Assembly: GCA_964649235.1 (NCBI GenBank)
Contig: CAZYOZ010000003.1
Coordinates: 3,670-60,788 of the forward strand
DNA length: 57,119 nt
DNA from: an uncultured Candidatus Bathyarchaeia archaeon
Lineage (GTDB): Archaea > Thermoproteota > Bathyarchaeia > 40CM-2-53-6
Direction of reading: 5' to 3'
Within the stretch, counting starts at the first letter, position 1. Each line of letters begins with the position of its first letter. A program made the position numbers and the translations under genes. The notes under the pieces are model-generated. The model saw nothing but the letters and a program-made list of their open reading frames with translations. It searched no databases and was not told where the DNA came from. Shown piece by piece: positions 29,196 through 38,658 of this stretch.

Positions 29196-29746
29196 CAGTG
29201 TACAACGAAATCTACAAAGCATGGAAGTCCGAGAAGAACCACGACAACACTCAATCGCTTCCCAGCGACTTCTATGGTCGGGCGGAAAGCTATCTGAAGA
29301 GCTTGGAGCAGGAACGCACGACAGGTGACTCACGTGCCCTTCAAGGCCAGCTGCTGACAAGAGAAATCGATGTAACAGGTCGCCTTCTCAGGGAATTGAA
29401 GGAAACACGAATATGGAAGATAGTGAATGCCACGAGAAGTGGAGAAAAAATCGATGAGGTTAACCTGACCGACGAGGAGAAGGCTCTGCTGCAGAGTGTC
29501 AGTGACTCATTAAGCTCATTCAAAGCAGGCCGACCAGAAAAGATCAAAGAGACCGAATCCCCTGAAACGGGGACAGAAATCGCTGTGGTTAGGTTTCTGC
29601 AGGATCTTCCCGAAATAATCGGAGTGAACCTGAAAATCTATGGGCCATACAAGAAAGAAGATGTAGGCTCACTCCCCAAACAGAACGCACAAGCTCTTGT
29701 AAGACAAGGTGCCGCGAAACTGGTTGAGGTAAAAAGCCCAGCCTGA
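29192..29746 (+). CDS. GINS subunit (Gins15/Gins51 type)
   Basis: LPSDFY, NLTDEEK, VRFLQDLPEIIG...KIYGPY..EDV.SLP..NA..L...GAA; follows priS. Confidence 0.88.
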   Translation: MTVYNEIYKAWKSEKNHDNTQSLPSDFYGRAESYLKSLEQERTTGDSRALQGQLLTREIDVTGRLLRELKETRIWKIVNATRSGEKIDEVNLTDEEKALLQSVSDSLSSFKAGRPEKIKETESPETGTEIAVVRFLQDLPEIIGVNLKIYGPYKKEDVGSLPKQNAQALVRQGAAKLVEVKSPA

Positions 29747-29824
29747 GCCAGTTGGCGTCTGAATTTTTTCCCAGCAACAATAAATAGAACGCCCATGGGT
29801 ACTAGCGAAACTCAGGCTGGTTCG

Positions 29825-30100
29825 TTGAAGACACCAAAAGAAATTCGCACGTACTGCCCAAAGTGTAAATCGCACACAGGCCATCAGGTTTCACTCTACA
29901 AGAAGGGCAAGGACCGCGCCATGGCGGTGGGAAACAGACGTCACGAACGCGAACTACATGGTTACGGCGGACAGAAATTTTCTAAACTGAGACGAACCGC
30001 CAAGACCACAAAGAAGCAGTTGCTACGGCTAACTTGCAGGACATGCGATACCGTGCTCTACAGGTACGGGATCAGACTGCGGAAACTTGAGATAGCGTAG
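29825..30100 (+). CDS. rpl44e: 50S ribosomal protein L44e
   Basis: PKEIRTYCPKCKSHT, GYGGQKF, AKTTKK..LRL.C..C; TTG start chosen. Confidence 0.96.
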   Translation: MKTPKEIRTYCPKCKSHTGHQVSLYKKGKDRAMAVGNRRHERELHGYGGQKFSKLRRTAKTTKKQLLRLTCRTCDTVLYRYGIRLRKLEIA

Positions 30101-30250
30101 TCAACTGCAGCCTCTAATTTCGTCCGCCCCCTGGAATTCAGGTTAAGGCATCAATTACATCAGTAGACCAAGTCACGCTGAGCCATAATACTTATGTGAG
30201 CAGTTCCCATTGCAGTTCGCCCTTCAGACAAATCACGGTGAAGTCGGAGA

Positions 30251-30445
30251 ATGGTCAAGGGAGAACTGATTCCGAAGCCGCAGAGCAATTTTGTAAGGGT
30301 CAAATGCGCCAAGTGTGGGAACGAGCAAGTCGTTTTTGACAGGCCTTCCCTTGCCCCTCATTGCTCCGTATGTGATGAAGCCCTGGCCGAACCTACCGGC
30401 GGAAAAGCAAAACTCAAGGCAGAAGTCATTCAAACCTTAGGATAG
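30251..30445 (+). CDS. rps27e: 30S ribosomal protein S27e
   Basis: PQSNFVRVKC.KCGNEQVVF, C.VC...LAEPTGGKA. Confidence 0.96.
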   Translation: MVKGELIPKPQSNFVRVKCAKCGNEQVVFDRPSLAPHCSVCDEALAEPTGGKAKLKAEVIQTLG

Positions 30446-30456
30446 GCAACTTCGAA

Positions 30457-31239
30457 ATGTCAACTATATCAGGGTATCCAGAAGTCGGCGACTTAGTTGT
30501 AGCTTCTGTTCAACGCGTCGTCGATTATGGAGCCTACGTCAAACTTGACGAGTACGAAAATGTCGAAGGCTTGATCCATATCTCAGAGATTGCCAGCACC
30601 TATGTGAAGAACATCAGGTACCATGTGCGAGAAGGACAGAAACTTGTCCTGAAAGTTCTGCGCGTGAATACACAGCGTGGCCAAGTGGACCTTTCGCTTC
30701 GCCGAGTTACCGGACGCGAAAAGTCAGAGAAGATGCTCGAATGGAAGAAAGTCAAGAAGGCTGAGTCGATAATCAAGGGCGCGGCAGAACGCTTGAAGGT
30801 GAGTGACGAGGAAGTTTCAAAGATCCGCGCTGTCATATACGACAAATTCGATAATCCTTACGATTCCTTCGAGGAATCCCTCGACGAGGGCGAAGAGGTC
30901 TTCACGAAACTGGGCCTCAGTGAAGATTGGTCGAAAGCGCTGACTGAAGTGGCCCGGAGCAAGATCAGGCTGGAGAAAGCGAAGGTAACAGGGACAATTG
31001 AATTGGCCTGCAACAAAGCTGCGGGCGTAGAGGCAGTTCGACAAGCCCTGCGCAACGCGAAGAAGGCAAAAAAGAGCCGCGGGACCACTATCAGAGTCTA
31101 CACGATCGGTGCGCCCCGCTACAGGATAGAGGTTAGGAGTAAGGAGATCACGGATGCCCAAGCAACTCTCAATTTGGCCCTCGACGAGGCTTTGATAGCC
31201 ATCAAGAGCCTTGGCGGCGAGGGACGTAAGCTAAGTTGA
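30457..31239 (+). CDS. eif2a: Translation initiation factor aIF2 alpha
   Basis: PEVGDLVV, YGAYVKLDEY, GLIHISEI, DLSLRRV, GAPRYRI. Confidence 0.97.
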   Translation: MSTISGYPEVGDLVVASVQRVVDYGAYVKLDEYENVEGLIHISEIASTYVKNIRYHVREGQKLVLKVLRVNTQRGQVDLSLRRVTGREKSEKMLEWKKVKKAESIIKGAAERLKVSDEEVSKIRAVIYDKFDNPYDSFEESLDEGEEVFTKLGLSEDWSKALTEVARSKIRLEKAKVTGTIELACNKAAGVEAVRQALRNAKKAKKSRGTTIRVYTIGAPRYRIEVRSKEITDAQATLNLALDEALIAIKSLGGEGRKLS

Positions 31240-31397
31240 AATGGCTCTTGCGAAGATGCCCCGCCTGTAAGACATACACATTGAAGCAAAACTGCCCGAA
31301 GTGCAGAACTGCGACTGTGAGCCCACATCCGCCCAAGTTCTCGCCGCATGACAAGTATGCTGGGCTAAAGCAACCAAGAAAGACCATGAGTAGTTGA
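31236..31397 (+). CDS. nop10: H/ACA RNP protein Nop10 (below ORF-track cutoff)
   Basis: Hand translation MKWLLRRCPACKTYTLKQNCPKCRTATVSPHPPKFSPHDKYAG...; TTG overlaps aIF2alpha stop; canonical position. Confidence 0.95.
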   Translation: MKWLLRRCPACKTYTLKQNCPKCRTATVSPHPPKFSPHDKYAGLKQPRKTMSS

Positions 31398-31414
31398 CGT
31401 TTCAGAACTGCAGC

Positions 31415-34195
31415 CTAAACCCTGGATACCAATAAGAGCGCTTGGCTCGTCACTTCGTTGTAGTTCCTGTTACCAGTCCAGCTTACACGTACTATCAGTG
31501 TACCTTGAACATTCACTCTCCAGCTGAAATTCATCGACGAAGATTCCATGATGAGGCTCTTGATTGGTATGAACGTAGCATTATCAAGGCTATACGATAC
31601 TGTCACGTTTGCGTTTTGGACGAATGGATCCATCTGGACATACAACGTTACATTGTCTCCAATTCGCACTGTTGTGGTCGAAGCCGAGATCTTCAACGTA
31701 GCATTTGCCTTCCTGACGTCGAGAGGTTCAGGGTCGCTTGAAGATTCGACATAGGCGCCTTCGAGACCCTCATAGTGGGCTCGAACCAAATAGCTTCCAG
31801 CATTTGGAACCCAAGTATAGTTGAACGTCCCATTCTGGGCCACGGGCACAGTTTCGGCGTTCTGCCAATTTTGACCGTTGTCAGTAGAGAACTCTATCCT
31901 CATGGCAATTGGTCCTCGAGCCAACGGATTACCCGAGGCGTCAGTCAGATTTCCGATAATGACTACCTTCTCCTCATATGTTAGCACAGCTTCGATCGGG
32001 CGAATCTTGGTTTGCGTTTCGGTGAGATAGCTAACCTTAAACAGAAACACGTAGCGGTTGGACGATGAGAACACCTGTGTATAGAAAGGAGACCTTGCTC
32101 CACCCGTAGTGGCAAGTGTAGCTACACTCATCATGTAACCAAGCATTGATTTGTCGTTGAGTTGGTTGCTCTGTGCAATAGTGTCATTGGCCAAGACCCT
32201 CCCTGACGTCTTGTTCTCGAGCACCCTGTAGTAGTTCGAGGACTGCGTATCTGGTTCGTATTTCTCCTGGAAGATGACTTTGTAATCCTCCCATACAGTG
32301 TTGTTTCCAATTCTCGCCATCCAGTACCATTTTCCGTCTTCGCCGAAACCTTGGTACTTGGTCTGGCCTCCTTGGGTTGAGGGTGTGATGAATATGGCCA
32401 CGTAGGACACGTTGTAGCGTTCGAGTGTTGGAAGTGCCATTGTAGAGTTTGCCAGGAATGTCTGCGCGATTATGCCTATCTGTGTGGAGTTCTGGGTGCC
32501 GTTGTCGGCCAGGGTCCTGCGATCGCCTAATGCTGTTATCCAATATCCGTAGTCCCACCAAGCGAAGACGACTGAACCCGGAGGTGTATTCTCGCGCATC
32601 CAAGACAGAGCTTCAAGCCAGTCTTGATAGCGCAATTCCTGCCCTACCGCTGGCGCGGTTGGAATGCTCGAAGTGACAATCGTCGCAGGCTGGTAGGAGG
32701 CCTGCACTGCCCTCCAGAACGAAGGGACTATGGCAATGAGTAGGATCAGGAAAATGGCGACGCCAAACTCTCTTCCAATTCTGGCGATTACACGAGTCTT
32801 GCGTTTTGGATAGATGACGGCTTCTCGAATTATGTCCACCGCTGGCTTGCCAAGCTCAACGGTCCCAATTCCCGCAAGCACAGCAAATGCAGGGGCCAGA
32901 ATCAAAGTGAGACGTACAAAGGAGGCCGCGAAGTAGACTGAGGTCAATCCCCAAAGAAGCAGGAATATGTCGTCGTTACGGGCTCTCTGAAGAATGAAAA
33001 CAAAGCCGAAGAGCATCAGGAAGATCGCTGTGCCGAACTCGTAGAAGAAGGAGCCCCAAGTCGCTGGCTGATGCTCGGCCACGCTCTGGATAATTGGAAC
33101 ATCTCCACGGACAAAGGGATTGATGACAGCGTAGAATTTCCCTGCTGGATTATCGATGATCTTGAAGTAAGAGAGCGCCCCGATGACCGCGGCTGTAGCA
33201 ACGACCACTCCGGTCAACGTGTACAGCTGCAACCTTCTGCTAGGAATGTAGGTCGAAGTTTCCCGAGCAAGGAGTACAACTTCACCTGCAGGAATCGCCA
33301 ACCATGTCAGATCTTTGAGTGCGGTAAACCCGAGCTTTGGAACCAAGAATGGTGTGAGTAACAGGAATATTCCCATCGAAACGGAATAAGCCAACAGTGT
33401 TTTCTTTGTCGACTTGCCGAGAATCGCCAGCACCACAACGTAGAGAACGAGGAGATCGAGTGGGAAATAGGACGCAGCCCAAGTAGCTGCAAGGTAGTAT
33501 AGCGAAACCCCACACAGCGCTGCGTATACTAGGGTTCTGCGTGTTGACGAAGTCGGAACAATTGCGCGCCTGAAGAATAGGAAGATGAGAATCATCAACA
33601 GAATGCCGAGCGGCTCGTGGCGTAGAAACCCCAGCTGAGTCCGCCCAATGCTACTGGCGTTGAGGGCCAGGAAGAGTGCTGTGAAGAGGCCAACGCCTCT
33701 ACCCCAGATATCTCTTCCGAGGAAGTAGGCTGCTAAGACAGTTAGAGTCCCTAGGAACACCGGGAACAGAACTGCCACTTCAAACACGGTAACATTCAAT
33801 CCAACCCATCGAATGAACATCGTCAGGGCCGCGACCATGAAGGCCTCTCCGTACAGGTTCCAGGTTGGCATGTCGGCGCCGTATGGGTACCAGCTCATTG
33901 TATCATGCCATCTGAACCAAGCGAGAAAGCCGTGGTCAACAACGTACTGAGCCATGCGCCACTGCAGATACGGGTCGAACTCGTTGAGGTAGAAACCCCA
34001 ACGGATTGGCATCATGCGGACAGTGAATGCAATTATCAAAATTATCGCTAGGACTATGACTTCGACGACGCTTCCTCGCGAAACTTCGGAAAACGATTTG
34101 CGTACACTTTGTATGCGTTCGGCGAGTACTTCACGGTTGACGTATTTTCCTAGGAGGCCCATTAGCCTCTTGAGCGCTCGCCGCGTAGCTGACAA
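31415..34195 (-). CDS. aglB: Oligosaccharyltransferase AglB/STT3 with C-terminal beta-sandwich extension
   Basis: NEFDPY, SVAEHQP, WWDYGYWI, TLADNGT motifs; many TM helices. Confidence 0.95.
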   Translation of the reverse strand: MSATRRALKRLMGLLGKYVNREVLAERIQSVRKSFSEVSRGSVVEVIVLAIILIIAFTVRMMPIRWGFYLNEFDPYLQWRMAQYVVDHGFLAWFRWHDTMSWYPYGADMPTWNLYGEAFMVAALTMFIRWVGLNVTVFEVAVLFPVFLGTLTVLAAYFLGRDIWGRGVGLFTALFLALNASSIGRTQLGFLRHEPLGILLMILIFLFFRRAIVPTSSTRRTLVYAALCGVSLYYLAATWAASYFPLDLLVLYVVVLAILGKSTKKTLLAYSVSMGIFLLLTPFLVPKLGFTALKDLTWLAIPAGEVVLLARETSTYIPSRRLQLYTLTGVVVATAAVIGALSYFKIIDNPAGKFYAVINPFVRGDVPIIQSVAEHQPATWGSFFYEFGTAIFLMLFGFVFILQRARNDDIFLLLWGLTSVYFAASFVRLTLILAPAFAVLAGIGTVELGKPAVDIIREAVIYPKRKTRVIARIGREFGVAIFLILLIAIVPSFWRAVQASYQPATIVTSSIPTAPAVGQELRYQDWLEALSWMRENTPPGSVVFAWWDYGYWITALGDRRTLADNGTQNSTQIGIIAQTFLANSTMALPTLERYNVSYVAIFITPSTQGGQTKYQGFGEDGKWYWMARIGNNTVWEDYKVIFQEKYEPDTQSSNYYRVLENKTSGRVLANDTIAQSNQLNDKSMLGYMMSVATLATTGGARSPFYTQVFSSSNRYVFLFKVSYLTETQTKIRPIEAVLTYEEKVVIIGNLTDASGNPLARGPIAMRIEFSTDNGQNWQNAETVPVAQNGTFNYTWVPNAGSYLVRAHYEGLEGAYVESSSDPEPLDVRKANATLKISASTTTVRIGDNVTLYVQMDPFVQNANVTVSYSLDNATFIPIKSLIMESSSMNFSWRVNVQGTLIVRVSWTGNRNYNEVTSQALLLVSRV

Positions 34196-34238
34196 TCGGT
34201 AACCCCGCAGATTTTCTTCGCAGTAAGCTTTTGGCCTG

Positions 34239-34246
34239 TTATAAAA
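34239..34246 (-). promoter_or_regulatory. Putative TATA box for aglB
   Basis: TTTTATAA on the minus strand about 45 nt upstream of the aglB start. Confidence 0.45.
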
Positions 34247-34567
34247 GGTTGGTGAACAAAGCTGACTCTTCGTTATGCCTCAACTTCGTGTTCAACCCCA
34301 GTTGCGACGATTCTGGGTTGCGCACGGGTCTGCACATAGACAAATGATCGTTTGACCACCGTGTCGACGACAGTAAGCAGGAACTTACACCTCCGCTTGT
34401 CCCGCAATAATACCCGCGACGAAATCGATAGTTGATAGTTGTATGTTTGCGATAACACTTCGTGAGCTTTGAGCTCAGTCACCATGAGCTTATGAGCGTC
34501 CTTGGATTGAGAGCCCGAAAAACTTGATTGACACTACGCAGAGAGATCAACTATATCGGGAAGAAGC

Positions 34568-34930
34568 TTGGCAAAGGACTTCATGCGGTGTCCTGTCTGC
34601 AGAAAGCAGAATAAAGCAGACGGAAGATACTGCATCCATTGCGGCTCGATTCTCAGTCCAGTTTACTGCTCTACCTGCGGGACGGCCAACCCTTCAGACC
34701 TACCTCAATGCCTGGAGTGCGGCAACCCCATCCCCGAAATGGGTGGAATCAGATGGAAGCCCGTGGTCACTATTATCCAACCGACCTCCGCGATGGCGGC
34801 AGAGATGCCGCCGGGCCCTGAGCGGGAACCTAATCCAGACACAGATGAAACCTCTCCAAGGAGAGGCCTGCTGTCGCGGCTGCGAGAATTGTTCAGGCGC
34901 AGCCAACTCCAATCTGATGTTGATGCCTAG
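34568..34930 (+). CDS. Double zinc ribbon protein with C-terminal amphipathic helix
   Basis: CPVC, CIHC, CSTC, CLEC; RRGLLSRLRELFRR. Confidence 0.8.
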   Translation: MAKDFMRCPVCRKQNKADGRYCIHCGSILSPVYCSTCGTANPSDLPQCLECGNPIPEMGGIRWKPVVTIIQPTSAMAAEMPPGPEREPNPDTDETSPRRGLLSRLRELFRRSQLQSDVDA

Positions 34931-36051
34931 ATTTTCCTCAGATAACCATAGCGAGTTATGTCATAGAAAGGTGGTCTGACAACCCTCGCCTTCTCAAGCC
35001 GCTCTCTGATTTGGATCTCCAACTCGCTTCCTTCCTTAGAGAACTGTGTTTCCACATATCCCATCGCGATTCCTGTGTTGAGTACCGGTGAGAGCGTTCC
35101 GCTCGTGACGGTCCCAATAATCCCTCCACGATGGTGAATTTTGAACCCAGGCCTTGGGATGACGCGTTTCAATGTTAGCAACCCTACGCGAAGCCTTGCT
35201 GCTCCCTTTTCCTTGATTTCCTGGATCCTTTCCTTCCCGATGAAATCCTTGTGTAGTTTGACAACGAAGCCCAGCCTAGCCTCAATGGGGTTCGTGGTTT
35301 CGTCGATGTCGCTGCCATACAGGCACATACCTGCCTCAAGCCGTAGAAGGTCTCTTGCGCCAAGGCCGCAGGGTTCAAGCCCGTGGAGTTTTCCGATGTC
35401 GAGCAGTCTGTCCCAAACGGCCTGAGGTTTGGCGGGATCTGATATTGGTGAGTCCCATACGAAGATCTCGAAACCGTCTTCACCCGTGTATCCTGTTCTC
35501 GAGACTAGCGTCCTCGCGTCTGCAAGCTCAGTCCAAGAGCATCCAAAACGTTGTATGTCTGCTAGTGGTTTGCTGCTCAGCCCTTGGACTATCTCTCGGG
35601 CCTTAGGACCTTGAACGGCGAACATCGCCACGTCATCCGAAACATCCTCCACGATAACGTCTAGGCCGCGGGAATTCCCAAGAATCCAGTCGTAATCCTT
35701 CTCTCGATTCCCAGCGTTATATACTATGAGATATTCTTGCTCGCCCACGCGGTAGACCGTAACATCATCCTTGATCCCTCCGTCGAGGTTACACATCAAT
35801 GCGTAGTGAGCTCGCCCGATGCCGAGAGAGGCAACGTCGTTTGTTGTAATCCTATCAAGGAACCCTTGGGCTGCCCTGCCTCGTATCATCGCTCGACCCA
35901 TGTGGCTAACATCGAACATGCCAGCCGCGTTTCTCACGGCTAGCGCTTCAGGAATAATACCACTAAACCAGAGTGGCATGTTGAAACCGCTGAACTCAGT
36001 CAGGTGGCCGTGCTGTTCATGAAATCTCTGCAGCTGGACGATTTTGGGCAT
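34927..36051 (-). CDS. gcvT: Glycine cleavage system T protein (aminomethyltransferase)
   Basis: MFDVSHMG, AVQGP, SRTGYTGEDGFE, GLGARDLLRLEAG. Confidence 0.96.
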   Translation of the reverse strand: MPKIVQLQRFHEQHGHLTEFSGFNMPLWFSGIIPEALAVRNAAGMFDVSHMGRAMIRGRAAQGFLDRITTNDVASLGIGRAHYALMCNLDGGIKDDVTVYRVGEQEYLIVYNAGNREKDYDWILGNSRGLDVIVEDVSDDVAMFAVQGPKAREIVQGLSSKPLADIQRFGCSWTELADARTLVSRTGYTGEDGFEIFVWDSPISDPAKPQAVWDRLLDIGKLHGLEPCGLGARDLLRLEAGMCLYGSDIDETTNPIEARLGFVVKLHKDFIGKERIQEIKEKGAARLRVGLLTLKRVIPRPGFKIHHRGGIIGTVTSGTLSPVLNTGIAMGYVETQFSKEGSELEIQIRERLEKARVVRPPFYDITRYGYLRKI

Positions 36052-36120
36052 GCTGTCTATTGGGACTCCTGTTGGAATTGAACGGATGTCAAGGAGATCG
36101 CTAGCTGTTGGGAAGACTCA

Positions 36121-36294
36121 TTATGCCGTAGGCTCATGGGGAGCTATTTTGATCTTCTCGGTATCAAAGTCAAGTTTCCGCTTGCATTGCGGACAGAAAC
36201 CGTTGTGACGCTGGATAATCTCAGCGGGAGTCTCCAGTTCAAGCCCGTGATAGAGAATTGAACCACATTCGGTGCACACGATCTTCTGAGGCAT
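36121..36294 (-). CDS. Small zinc-finger protein
   Basis: MPQKIVCTECG..LY....CPQCKRKL. Confidence 0.7.
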   Translation of the reverse strand: MPQKIVCTECGSILYHGLELETPAEIIQRHNGFCPQCKRKLDFDTEKIKIAPHEPTA

Positions 36295-36377
36295 CGAACA
36301 ACCGGCCACTCAAACAATGGGTACCAAGGTAAAATATTTTAGCCTCCCTGCCTGAACGTTTCGAAAAGGTCCTGAAG

Positions 36378-36836
36378 ATGCTCGAAGGGCTCCGAATCAA
36401 ACTACGGAAGTTGCCGTGGAGATTGCAACGTCGTTTCAGTAGCTTAGGCTACTCCTTACGAATTTTCAGGACACCGTCAGCTAGGAAAATGAAACCGTCA
36501 ACCACGATCATGCTCATTGCTGTTCTCGCCTTCGTGGGATTCATTCTTGCCGGGGGAATTTACGACATTCTTGAACGTCCGATCTCGCTCCTCCCGACTG
36601 CGGGCGGATATTCACCTGTGATTAGGGGGACCTTGGGCCAGCAGACGCTCAACGAGAGCCTGATAGCGGCCTTTCTGTACATGCTTGGAATCGGCGGTTT
36701 GTACATGCTGCTGCGAAGCACTAGATACGCCTACAGGCCTCGAAATGCTTACTTGCTACTCATCTTGGGGACAGTCACCGTTCTGCTGGTCGTTTTCTAC
36801 TCGAATAGTTTGATAACGGCAAAGATCGGCGGCTGA
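36378..36836 (+). CDS. OSTC/DC2-like (OST3/OST6 family) three-TM membrane protein
   Basis: ILAGGIYDILERP, GQQTLNESL, three hydrophobic helices and terminal K.GG resemble eukaryotic OSTC as recalled from memory; not searched. Confidence 0.7.
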   Translation: MLEGLRIKLRKLPWRLQRRFSSLGYSLRIFRTPSARKMKPSTTIMLIAVLAFVGFILAGGIYDILERPISLLPTAGGYSPVIRGTLGQQTLNESLIAAFLYMLGIGGLYMLLRSTRYAYRPRNAYLLLILGTVTVLLVVFYSNSLITAKIGG

Positions 36837-36848
36837 ATATTCCGGACT

Positions 36849-37361
36849 TCACCAGTAATTCCTCTTCAACCCAAGAGCATATGCTCCGAGATTAGTTAGC
36901 ACATGAACAGGCGGCGTCGCCACGAGGACTATTAGAATTGTTGCCAGGCTGAGGTTAAAAGCAGGCAGAAGGAAGAGAATCGCCACAACAACGAAATCCA
37001 GCTGGTCAACTAGGGGCAGTGGCCTTCCGGGTTTGATTCGTAATCTTCTCTTCACGAAAGCGCCTGCTAGGTCCCCTGCCAGTGCCCCCAGTGAGGCCAA
37101 AACTGCTAGCAAGAACAGCTCTGCAGAAAAGAAGTAGGCTTCGAACAAACCCACGACTACGCCGACCAGCAACCCACTTACCAACCCGCGAACCGTCTTA
37201 TGATCGCCGAAGATTCTCTCCCCGTCAGCGAGATACCTCCCAGAATCGATGGGTCGGCCCCCGCCGAAAAGAACTGGCGCGCCATTGGTGCAGTAGATTG
37301 GAGCGATTATGTACAGAGCCCAAATCCAGTCATGCACCGCGGGCCACACTTGTTTTACCAA
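36849..37361 (-). CDS. carS: CDP-archaeol synthase
   Basis: NGAPVLFGGGRPID, GDHKTVRG, GDL.GAFVKRRL, DQLDF, H..TN..AY.LGLK..W. Confidence 0.95.
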   Translation of the reverse strand: MVKQVWPAVHDWIWALYIIAPIYCTNGAPVLFGGGRPIDSGRYLADGERIFGDHKTVRGLVSGLLVGVVVGLFEAYFFSAELFLLAVLASLGALAGDLAGAFVKRRLRIKPGRPLPLVDQLDFVVVAILFLLPAFNLSLATILIVLVATPPVHVLTNLGAYALGLKRNYW

Positions 37362-37401
37362 CCCGAGGAAAACGGCTACCCTTTCGATTCCAAGATAAGA
37401 G

Positions 37402-38106
37402 TTAGGTTTCCAAATCCGCCAGGCCGCTCTCTTTCAGGACGACCAAGCAGCCGGTCCTCCGCAAGTCCGTACCACTCATTCTCTCTAGAACAAGCTCTTT
37501 GACACCGGCTTTGGGTGTGTTCTTCATCCTGACTATTGTCCCCGGAAAATGAAAAAGCGCTCGACGCGCCACAGGCTCAATGTCTCCAATAGGCGGTCTT
37601 AGTCGCGTGTGAACTTGACTCGTTATGATACAAGCAACATTGTGAGATGAACATATTTCCCCTAAATAAGCGACCTGCCTTCCAAGATCCCGGTTCAAGC
37701 TGAAGATGCTCTCAGCCTTTGAGAAAGCCGCTCGGTAAAGTGATGTTATCGAATCAACCACGATGAGTCCAAGTGTAGGCGTGACATAATTCTCAAGAGA
37801 CTCAATGAGCCCCCGTTGGTCTGCAAAGCTCTCTGGCAGAAATAGCAATACTAGCTGACTTACTTTGTCCGCTTCCTCGCCAGCGATCTGGTGAAACCTC
37901 TGCTGGGTAAACGAATGGTCCGAATCTATATAGAGCACCTTCAGCCCTTTTCTGGCAGCCGACGTAGCAGCCTGAACCGCAACAGTTGTCTTTCCGGTTG
38001 CAGCTTCCCCATAGATTAGCGTCACATCTCCCCTGTGGAAACCTCCTCGGAGCAGCCTATCCAGTCTCACACAACCTGTCAGAATGCTTCCTCGTGAAGA
38101 TTGCAA
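37402..38106 (-). CDS. radB: RadB-like DNA repair/recombination ATPase
   Basis: TGC..LD.LL.GG, IYGEAATGKTT, YIDSD, IVVDSI..LYR; short RecA core without N-terminal domain. Confidence 0.85.
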   Translation of the reverse strand: MQSSRGSILTGCVRLDRLLRGGFHRGDVTLIYGEAATGKTTVAVQAATSAARKGLKVLYIDSDHSFTQQRFHQIAGEEADKVSQLVLLFLPESFADQRGLIESLENYVTPTLGLIVVDSITSLYRAAFSKAESIFSLNRDLGRQVAYLGEICSSHNVACIITSQVHTRLRPPIGDIEPVARRALFHFPGTIVRMKNTPKAGVKELVLERMSGTDLRRTGCLVVLKESGLADLET

Positions 38107-38203
38107 TTTAGAAACAGGCCTTGTGGAGAGAGTGAGCTCTCTCCATGCTGATGTCCTATTTATTTGGGAAGGCGCCCCAATCGGATATTTCTGCTACGAG
38201 CCC

Positions 38204-38569
38204 TTAACCTTGGCTTGACAACAGTTCCTTCACGATCGCCCTGGGTCGTGCCGCGTCGAGCAATCGTGTGAACTGCTTTATCCAAAGTGGGTAGAAGTAT
38301 AGTTTTCCGTAGAAGAATTCCTCGAAGACCAAGTTGTCGAGCAAGCTAACGGCCCTGCGTACCCGGGAGTACCCGTACAATGTCGATAATCGGTCCACGT
38401 TATCGAGTGAAGGAAGGCTCAGGAATTCTGACACGATATTTGCGTAGACTTCTTTCGGTTCTTGGCCTTCTTTCAGCTTCCTCTCAAGCAATTTTCGCAC
38501 GGCCAGTCGCTTGAACACCCGCGACTGCTTCAGCCGCTCTTCCAGACCAAGATTCTTGAGTTGATCCAT
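38204..38569 (-). CDS. Hypothetical protein (121 aa)
   Basis: ATG-initiated ORF filling the gap, co-oriented with neighbours. Confidence 0.6.
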   Translation of the reverse strand: MDQLKNLGLEERLKQSRVFKRLAVRKLLERKLKEGQEPKEVYANIVSEFLSLPSLDNVDRLSTLYGYSRVRRAVSLLDNLVFEEFFYGKLYFYPLWIKQFTRLLDAARPRAIVKELLSSQG

Positions 38570-38658
38570 GCGGGCTTCAGGGCTACTAGATTCGCGGTTC
38601 GCATTTTTAAATTAATGCATGAACGATGAAAGAACCGTTTTTGCGCGGGCCTTGCGCT

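Noticed and set aside
30101-30250. 150-nt gap between rpl44e and rps27e as a possible ncRNA
   Set aside because: Only a very short hairpin (CCTG-GAATT-CAGG); no tRNA cloverleaf or C/D box pair recognised; a covariance-model search would be needed
34273-34485. 70-aa minus-strand ORF upstream of aglB
   Set aside because: No recognisable motif and it lies in a probable divergent promoter region; cannot be supported as a gene, though not excluded
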